NCBI GenBank assembly: GCA_038211505.1
Contig: JBBQVO010000120.1
Span: forward strand, 1 to 10,011
DNA length: 10,011 nt
Direction of reading: 5' to 3'
Origin: Dehalococcoidia bacterium
GTDB taxonomy: Bacteria; Chloroflexota; Dehalococcoidia; DSTF01; JACRBR01
Both the position numbers and the translations under genes were made by a program. The notes under the pieces were generated by a model that was not told the origin of the DNA, searched no databases, and was given only the letters and a program-made list of their open reading frames with translations. Below, piece after piece: positions 1 through 5,824 of the stretch (position 1 is its first letter; every line of letters begins with the position of its first letter).

Positions 1-27
1 GGATCGACGGCGCCAGCTTGATCGCGT

Positions 28-1482
28 TCATCGCTGCGCTTTCGTCGCGCGCGCCGGCTTCGCATCCGCGCCGACCAGCATCGCATTGACCCTCTTACGT
101 GCGCGACGCAGCGCCGCCGTCACCTGCTTCGGCGCCGTGCCGCCGGGCACGTCGCGCGAGCGCACGGACGACATCACGTCGATGCGGCGTGCATCTTCGT
201 CGAACAGCGGCGAGAAGCGGCGCATCTCGTCGAGCGTCAGGCGGTGTAGCTCCATGCCCCTATCTTCGGCATATCGCACGAGCTTGCCGACGGCTTCGTG
301 GGCATCGCGGAACGGGAGGCCTTTGCGGACAAGGTAGTCGGCGAGATCCGTGGCGAGCGAGTAATTTGCGACGGCGGCGATGCGCGCGCGCTTCGCGTCG
401 ATCTCGATGTGCGGGAGCATCGCGGCGAGCACTTCGAGCGTCGACGTGAGGATCTCTTCGGCTTCGAACAGGATCGGCTTGTCCTCTTGCAAATCGCGGT
501 TGTACGACAGCGGCAGGCCCTTGAGCATCGTCAGGATCGCCACAACGCTGCCGATGACGCGCCCGGTGCGGCCGCGCGCCAGCTCGGCGACGTCGGGATT
601 CTTCTTCTGCGGCATGATGCTCGACCCGGTGGCGAAGGCATCGGGCAGGCGGATGAAGGCGAACTCCGCGCTCGACCAGAGCACGAGCTCCTCCGCGAGC
701 CGCGATACGTGGACCATCGCCAGCGCGGCGGCGTTGAGGTAGTCGGCGGCGAAATCGCGATCGGATACGGCATCGATGCTATTCGCGGTGATACCGGCAA
801 AGTCGAGCTCGTCGGCGACCGAAGCGCGGTCGATCGGGTACGGAACGCCGGCGAGAGCGCCGCTGCCGAGCGGCAACTCATCGATCATCTGGAACGCGAA
901 CCCGAAGCGTTTGACGTCGCGCTCGAACATCTCGACGTACGCGAGCATGTGGTGCGCGAAGAGGATCGGCTGCGCGCGCTGCATGTGCGTGTAGCCCGGC
1001 ATCGTCACGTTCTTGTTGGCGTCGGCCAGATCAAGCAACGACGACTGCAGCACGATGAGCCGCGCCATCGCCACGCACGACGCTTGTCGGACGTACATGC
1101 GGAAGTCCGTCGCCACCTGATCGTTGCGCGATCGCGCAGTGTGCAGACGGCCGGCGACGGCGCCGATCTTCGCGCCGAGGCGCACCTCGACGTTCATGTG
1201 CACGTCTTCGAGCTCGGGACGCAGCGTGAAGTCGCCGCGCTCGTATTCGTCGAGGATCTCCTTGAGGCCGCGAACGATCTTGTCCGCGTCGGCTTTCGGG
1301 ATGATGCGCTGGCGGCCGAGCATGCGAGCGTGAGCGATCGACGCCAGCACGTCGTATCGCAGCAGCCGCTCGTCGGCATCAATCGACGATGTGTAGCTTT
1401 CGACGAGGGCGTCCGTCGCCGCGTCGAAGCGTCCGCCCCACGGCTTCGCGCCGTTCGTCGAAGGAGCGGAGGCATCGCTCAT
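28..1482 (-). CDS. argH: Argininosuccinate lyase (ArgH). Likely start is the ATG at 1480-1482 (MSDASAP...KPWGGRF), not the upstream M of the six-frame ORF. Stop is at 28-30.
   Basis: Translation contains the fumarate-lyase/ASL hallmarks: N-terminal WGGRF, TxxSSIMPQKKNPD (GSSIMPQKKNPDVAEL), and full-length collinearity with ArgH (~484 aa). High GC3 coding bias. The ATG at 1480-1482 overlaps the TGA of the upstream gene (ATGA). Confidence 0.9.
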   Translation of the reverse strand: MSDASAPSTNGAKPWGGRFDAATDALVESYTSSIDADERLLRYDVLASIAHARMLGRQRIIPKADADKIVRGLKEILDEYERGDFTLRPELEDVHMNVEVRLGAKIGAVAGRLHTARSRNDQVATDFRMYVRQASCVAMARLIVLQSSLLDLADANKNVTMPGYTHMQRAQPILFAHHMLAYVEMFERDVKRFGFAFQMIDELPLGSGALAGVPYPIDRASVADELDFAGITANSIDAVSDRDFAADYLNAAALAMVHVSRLAEELVLWSSAEFAFIRLPDAFATGSSIMPQKKNPDVAELARGRTGRVIGSVVAILTMLKGLPLSYNRDLQEDKPILFEAEEILTSTLEVLAAMLPHIEIDAKRARIAAVANYSLATDLADYLVRKGLPFRDAHEAVGKLVRYAEDRGMELHRLTLDEMRRFSPLFDEDARRIDVMSSVRSRDVPGGTAPKQVTAALRRARKRVNAMLVGADAKPARATKAQR

Positions 1483-3146
1483 GGGGGCGCCGGCTGCGTC
1501 TTTGCGAGCGCGTCGCTTGCCCCGTGGCGCACCAGCAGATTGAACCACTTGTCCTCCCGGACCTGCACGACGCGGCGGTCGTACTCCGCCGCGAGCCGCG
1601 GGTTGTTGAGCATGTCGACGACGGCCGGGATGAAGACGCGATTCAGGCCCGCGTAGTCCTCGCCCGTCAGCGGCCGCGGCGACAGATCGTCGAACAAGAT
1701 GATGATATCAGGCTGCTGATCGAGCACGTACGCGGAGTCGTATTTCTCGTGGCCAGCGGCGAAGTCGCCGATCTTGATGTCGCGGTGCGCGATATGCTCA
1801 TCGTTGATGCCGAGCATGTCGATCACGGGCAGCTGCGATTCGTAGCCGATGGCGCCGACCGGCACCGCGGCGATGGTCGTCGTGCCGGCGACGTTGCCGC
1901 GCAGCCAGCGGCCGATGTCGGCGCGATCGTCGACCGCGTGACGCTCGCCGGCGATGTTGAGCGCGTCGGTGACCGACGGATGCAACGTGAAGGCGATCGC
2001 GGCGGCGGCGAGGATCATCGCAGCGACGCCGAGCGATCGGCGATTGATGCGCGCGTCGTCGCGAAGCGATGCGATGATCGCGGCCGCGGACGCGACGACG
2101 ATCGCGTAGAACAGCGGCAACACGGGCGCGACGAAGCGGAAGAGCAGCAGCGAATCGCCGCCGACGTAGGCCGTGTACGCGAACCAGGCGACGACCAGCG
2201 CGGCGACGTACGCGCCGGCGGCATGTCGGAGCCGCGGGGTCACGAGCGCGAGCGGCACGAGCAGCAGCAGCCAGCCGCCGTACTGCGACGCGAACGAGAG
2301 CGCGTACTCCAGGCCCCGATTGTACTGATCGATGCCGGAGCCGACCTTGGCGTAGTAGGTGTTCGGGTAGAGCCAGCCATACGTCGCGTACCGCCACCAG
2401 AAGTACGGCACGAACACCGCGGCGAAGCCGGCCGCCCAGACGATGAGGCGCACCACGTCTCCGAGCACACCCATGCGCCGACCGCCACTGCGGGCGCGCG
2501 ATACGACGTCGGCGAGCTTGAAGACGCCCGAGACAGCGAACAGCAACACCCCGTCGGGGCGCGTCATCGCGACGAGCGCCCAGATCGCGCCGGAGATCGG
2601 TGGCGTCCCACGATCGCGCTCGCGGATGTGCAGCAGCACGGCGGCAAGCATCAGCGTCGCAAAGAGCGGCGCTTCGAGGCCGGCGGTCGCCCACAGCGAC
2701 CAGGCGCCGGACGCGGCGAGCAGCAACGCCGCCGCGAGTCCGGCATGTGGCGCGAGATCGTTGTCATCGACGAGGTCGCGCGCGAGCGCGTACGTGCCGG
2801 CGGCGGCGGTGATCGCGAGCCCAAAGCCGAGCCAGCGTCCGGAGACGACGATATCGGCGCAGAAGTCGTGCGCGCCGGCGAGGATCACGACCCAGAGAAA
2901 ATTGGTGTAGCCCTCGACGTGCGCGCCGGGGTTCCAGACGAGGCCGTCGCCGTCCGTGAGATTGCGGGCGTAGCGGTACGAGATGTAGGCGTCGTCGCTG
3001 GTGTAGCGGAAGTAGAAGTACTGAAGCAGCAAGATCGCCGCGGACGCGATGATCGCGGTCGCGGCGTATCGCCCCGTGGTCCGCGCAACGGGCAGCGCTG
3101 CGACGGAGATGCCGAGAACGCCCACGACGAGCCACGGAAAGTTCAT
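1479..3146 (-). CDS. Polytopic membrane glycosyltransferase, GT-C fold, ArnT/PMT-like (GT83/GT39-like), with a ~190-aa C-terminal soluble domain
   Basis: 555-aa ORF with more than 10 predicted hydrophobic helices. First extracytoplasmic loop carries 'SDDAYISYRYARNL', matching the ArnT-type 'DExRYAEIxREM' acidic motif of GT-C transferases. C-terminal ~190 aa are hydrophilic. Stop TGA (1479-1481) overlaps the argH ATG. Antisense ORFs 1389..3179 and 1798..2694 are R/D/G-rich low complexity and rejected. Confidence 0.65.
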   Translation of the reverse strand: MNFPWLVVGVLGISVAALPVARTTGRYAATAIIASAAILLLQYFYFRYTSDDAYISYRYARNLTDGDGLVWNPGAHVEGYTNFLWVVILAGAHDFCADIVVSGRWLGFGLAITAAAGTYALARDLVDDNDLAPHAGLAAALLLAASGAWSLWATAGLEAPLFATLMLAAVLLHIRERDRGTPPISGAIWALVAMTRPDGVLLFAVSGVFKLADVVSRARSGGRRMGVLGDVVRLIVWAAGFAAVFVPYFWWRYATYGWLYPNTYYAKVGSGIDQYNRGLEYALSFASQYGGWLLLLVPLALVTPRLRHAAGAYVAALVVAWFAYTAYVGGDSLLLFRFVAPVLPLFYAIVVASAAAIIASLRDDARINRRSLGVAAMILAAAAIAFTLHPSVTDALNIAGERHAVDDRADIGRWLRGNVAGTTTIAAVPVGAIGYESQLPVIDMLGINDEHIAHRDIKIGDFAAGHEKYDSAYVLDQQPDIIILFDDLSPRPLTGEDYAGLNRVFIPAVVDMLNNPRLAAEYDRRVVQVREDKWFNLLVRHGASDALAKTQPAPP

Positions 3147-3170
3147 CGGCGCGCCACCGTCAGCACGCCG

Positions 3171-3836
3171 CTATTGTAATTGCCATTCGGGGCTGGCGCT
3201 CATGTGGAAGTTGTTGAGCTGCAGCCAGTGCAGCTCCTCATACGGCCGCCCCAGCCCGAAACACAGCAGCACCTCGCCGCCTACCGCCAACTGCTCCTGC
3301 GCCCATCGCACGCGCTCCGGCACCGGCGTACGCATATCGTCGGAGAACAGCCGCACGTCGGTGATCGGCAGATCGAGATCATCCTGCCATTGCAGCCGAA
3401 GCCGGCCTCCGGCGTTGATCCTCACGCGCACGGGGTCCGTCGTGCGAACGATGAGCAACGAGCAGCGACCTTTGCCCTTCGGGACGACGAGGTTCGTGCC
3501 CTGCTGTCGCAAGTCCTTGCCGATCGGTGAGAAGTCATCGACAGCGAGGCGACGTAGTCGCGCGATGAAGTCGGGTCCTGACGACGTCTCGACGGGACGA
3601 ATCGATGCGGGATCGAAGCGCACGTCTTCGACTTCGGGCCGCGATTGACGCGGCGACGTGCGTCCAATATCGATCACGCTACGGAGGTCAAGCGGCCCAC
3701 CGCGACTCGCGAGGAGACGAGCGCTAAGGGCAGATGCTGCGACCGGACGAACGCGGCGATCCTTGTCGACATCGATGCCGGCGACGCAGACGTGACCGTC
3801 CCGCATCCGCGTGAGATCGGTGATCAATACCTTCAT
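3171..3836 (-). CDS. Hypothetical protein, 221 aa, beta-rich, no family recognised. Translationally coupled to the DUF488-like gene immediately upstream of it.
   Basis: ATG at 3834-3836 lies 1 nt after the TAG (3838-3840) of the preceding minus-strand gene. Codon usage (GC3-rich) matches neighbours. TAA stop at 3171-3173, 24 nt before the GT-C start. Translation MKVLITDLTRMRDGHVCVAGIDV... has no motif I can assign confidently. Confidence 0.55.
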   Translation of the reverse strand: MKVLITDLTRMRDGHVCVAGIDVDKDRRVRPVAASALSARLLASRGGPLDLRSVIDIGRTSPRQSRPEVEDVRFDPASIRPVETSSGPDFIARLRRLAVDDFSPIGKDLRQQGTNLVVPKGKGRCSLLIVRTTDPVRVRINAGGRLRLQWQDDLDLPITDVRLFSDDMRTPVPERVRWAQEQLAVGGEVLLCFGLGRPYEELHWLQLNNFHMSASPEWQLQ

Positions 3837-3837
3837 G

Positions 3838-4266
3838 CTACAGATGCTCCAGGCTCGCGCCCCACGCGCGCGAAAGCATTTCAGCGACCAGGCGGCGGTG
3901 ACAATGATCGGCCGAGGCCTCGCTGCAGAGCAACGCCGTCTTGAGCTTGTAGGATTGCGGGTTGAGAGCGCCCGGCAGGCTCCGCTCGATCATCAATGCG
4001 AGGAATCCTCGCTCGTAGGCGGCCCAGTCCTTGGTACTTCGGTACTGCTTTAGCAAATCGTCGTTCGGCGCGAGGCGGAGATCGTGCGCGTACGCTATCT
4101 CCGCGCCCGCCAGGAAGAACTCCAGATCGTCGCGCTTCGCGAATCCATCGAGTTGCGATGTGTTGCGTAGACGCACGTCGACGACGCGTTCGACACCGGC
4201 GCCGGTCAGCCGTTCAAAGAAGTGCTGCGCTGAGGTCCGCGTGAAGCCGATCGTCGCGAGTTCCAC
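3838..4266 (-). CDS. DUF488-like family protein (142 aa), uncharacterised conserved family
   Basis: MELATIGFTRTS...VERVVDVRLRNTSQ...GFAKRDDLEFFLAGAEIAYAH...ALLCSEASADHCHRRLVAEML. This matches my recollection of the DUF488 (PF04343) pattern TIG[HY]S...F...L...VDVR..P.S...F...L...GI.Y.H...LG...LLCxE..P..CHR. Conserved Cys/Glu/His are present. Confidence 0.6.
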   Translation of the reverse strand: MELATIGFTRTSAQHFFERLTGAGVERVVDVRLRNTSQLDGFAKRDDLEFFLAGAEIAYAHDLRLAPNDDLLKQYRSTKDWAAYERGFLALMIERSLPGALNPQSYKLKTALLCSEASADHCHRRLVAEMLSRAWGASLEHL

Positions 4267-4817
4267 GTGATGCCTTGCTCAAACGGTCCCGACTGCACGG
4301 CGATCGACTCCTCCGGCATGCACAGCCCATCGCCCCGGATGTGCACGATTTTGGATCGCGGCCAGTCTTGAAGCGAGAGAGCGCGCGCCACGAGCAAGTG
4401 ACGATGACATCCGAGCGGACTCTCTTCGGAGCACATGAGCGCGATCCGTTGCTTGGTCGCCGCTCGCATCAACCGTCGCAGCCCGGCGCGAAACCGCTCA
4501 CTTTCGCTCCACTCGTAGTACAGCACATGACGTTCGGCGTCGTAGAACTGCGAGTTTGTCGGCCTACCGCCCAGCGAGTCACCCATGTACGCGTACCGAA
4601 ACCCGGCGCGCGTTAGAAGCGCCGCGAGCGGTCGGCGACTGAATTGCGGCGCGAAACGTGAGACGGGATGAGAGCGGACATCGACCACGACTTCAACGCG
4701 ATAGGGCATGAGCAGCGCTACGAAAGATTCGAAGGAAATGCTGGAGTGGCCGATCGTGAAGATGACCGGCGAACTGATATCCATACACGCGCCCAGATCG
4801 ACAAGGCTCGCAAACAT
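4206..4817 (-). CDS. DUF488-like family protein, second divergent paralog (~203 aa from the ATG at 4815-4817; alternative starts at 4862 or 4784), with a ~55-aa C-terminal tail
   Basis: ...PVIFTIGHSSISFESFVALLMPYRVEVVVDVRSHPVSRFAPQFSRRPLAALLTRAGFRYAYMGDSLGGRP...ALMCSEESPLGCHRHLLVARAL. Same motif set as the downstream paralog at ~35-40% identity. The ATG at 4817 sits 11 nt after the HAD gene TAG (4829-4831). The 3' end overlaps the next DUF488 gene by 61 nt in another frame. Local GC is lower (~50-58%). Confidence 0.55.
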   Translation of the reverse strand: MFASLVDLGACMDISSPVIFTIGHSSISFESFVALLMPYRVEVVVDVRSHPVSRFAPQFSRRPLAALLTRAGFRYAYMGDSLGGRPTNSQFYDAERHVLYYEWSESERFRAGLRRLMRAATKQRIALMCSEESPLGCHRHLLVARALSLQDWPRSKIVHIRGDGLCMPEESIAVQSGPFEQGITWNSRRSASRGPQRSTSLNG

Positions 4818-4828
4818 ACGTTCTGATT

Positions 4829-5659
4829 CTACTCGAAAATAGGCAGTTCTGTCATCTCCCACAGCGTGTGGATCGTGTATTCGGGCGTGATGCTTTCGTC
4901 GTGTGCGTAGTCGCCGAGGGCGCGGCCGGTCTGTGCTCGCGTTGCAGGCAGATCGGGCGGCACTTCGCCTACCTGCTCTGCTTCGTGCTTCGGATCGGGT
5001 TTGAGGACGACGCGCCAGATCGCCATCATGCCGAGCGCCTGCGACGCCGCGACATCTGCGCGGAGCGAGTCGCCGACCATCACAGTCTCGTTCGCGGCGA
5101 TGTGCATCTCGTCGAGCACATGTTGAAAAATCTGAGCGTGCGGCTTCATGTAGCCGAGATCGCAGGAGACCGCGGTCGATTCGAAGTAGCGGTCAAGGCC
5201 AAGCTCGCGCATTTCCTCGATGAAGCGCGGGCCGCCGAAGACGCGGTTCGTGACACAGCCGAGTCGGTAGCCGTGATCGCGCAGCCAGTCGAGCGTGGCG
5301 AAGGCGTCGTCGAACATCGTCCGGCCGAGCGTCAGCCCGCCGAGATTCCAGGCGTCCCACAATTGCGCGCCCTGCTCGAGCGTCACGTTCAAGCCCATGC
5401 CGTTGGCGATGTCACGGACAACGGAGTTGAAGTCGGGGCTGATGCAGTCGCCCTCGTACGCGGCGCGGTCGGCGCGCTCGACGCCGAGACGGATCTCGCG
5501 GCCGAGGAAGCGCAACTCGCCGTCGAGCGGGATGCCCCACTCCTTCAGCACGCCGCCGATGCGGCTCATCGTTTGCGTGCGAATCTCCATCGCCGGCGGC
5601 AGCTTCGGGAAGTGCCAGAGCGTGTCGCCTAGATCGAACAGGACTGCCTTGATCGCCAT
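4829..5659 (-). CDS. HAD-superfamily (subfamily IA-like) hydrolase/phosphatase
   Basis: All four HAD motifs are present: motif I 'VLFDLGDTLW' (DxD), motif II 'GCVTN', motif III Lys in 'GYMKP', motif IV 'VGDSLRADVAAS'. The ATG at 5657-5659 is preceded by GGAGG (complement of 5666-5670) at 6-nt spacing. The six-frame ORF's first codon is TTG at 5660-5662. Confidence 0.85.
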   Translation of the reverse strand: MAIKAVLFDLGDTLWHFPKLPPAMEIRTQTMSRIGGVLKEWGIPLDGELRFLGREIRLGVERADRAAYEGDCISPDFNSVVRDIANGMGLNVTLEQGAQLWDAWNLGGLTLGRTMFDDAFATLDWLRDHGYRLGCVTNRVFGGPRFIEEMRELGLDRYFESTAVSCDLGYMKPHAQIFQHVLDEMHIAANETVMVGDSLRADVAASQALGMMAIWRVVLKPDPKHEAEQVGEVPPDLPATRAQTGRALGDYAHDESITPEYTIHTLWEMTELPIFE

Positions 5660-5824
5660 CAATCGCCTCCGCCGCGAGGATAGCGAGCGCGCGCGCGACG
5701 GGCCACCACCGCCGCCCGCGCGCCATAGACGCTAGCTCGGAGTGCGATCTATGATCGATCGAGCGGTTACGAATATGTTGCCATCTGCGCGACGAACGTG
5801 ACTGCTGCTGAAAGGAGAGCCGGA
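5660..5824. promoter_or_regulatory. Divergent intergenic region between the HAD operon (-) and the flotillin gene (+). It should hold promoters for both and contains the flotillin RBS AAAGGAGAG (5811-5819).
   Basis: ~165-bp non-coding gap between divergently oriented start codons. Strong Shine-Dalgarno 6 nt before the ATG at 5825. Weak sigma70-like hexamers (TTGCCA 5778-5783, TATGTT 5774-5779) are not convincingly spaced. 8-bp palindrome TCGATCGA at ~5753-5760. Confidence 0.35.

Noticed and set aside
298-1656. 452-aa plus-strand ORF (and the 1389..3179 596-aa ORF) overlapping argH and the GT-C gene
   Set aside because: These are antisense to genes with unambiguous homology (ASL signature motifs, GT-C membrane topology). 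Their translations are R/D/G/A-rich low complexity with no hydrophobic cores. This is the typical spurious antisense ORF of a >65% GC genome.
3171-3836. Tentative resemblance of the 221-aa protein N-terminus (VLITDLTRMRDGHVCVAGIDVDKDRRVRPV) to the MOSC N-terminal beta-barrel (L.RLFIYPVKS.RG...G...DR.w) and of GKGRCSLL to the MOSC conserved Cys
   Set aside because: The similarity is short and from memory only. The length and C-terminal half do not clearly fit MOSC. I left it unassigned pending HHpred.
4868-5632. 254-aa plus-strand ORF antisense to the HAD hydrolase
   Set aside because: The HAD motifs I-IV are all present on the minus strand. The plus-strand product lacks any recognisable motif and has an antisense-style composition.
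5798-5824. GTG at 5798 as the flotillin start (MTAAERRAGM...)
   Set aside because: No RBS precedes it. The in-frame ATG at 5825 has a near-consensus AAAGGAGAG Shine-Dalgarno 6 nt upstream and begins directly at the hydrophobic membrane hairpin.
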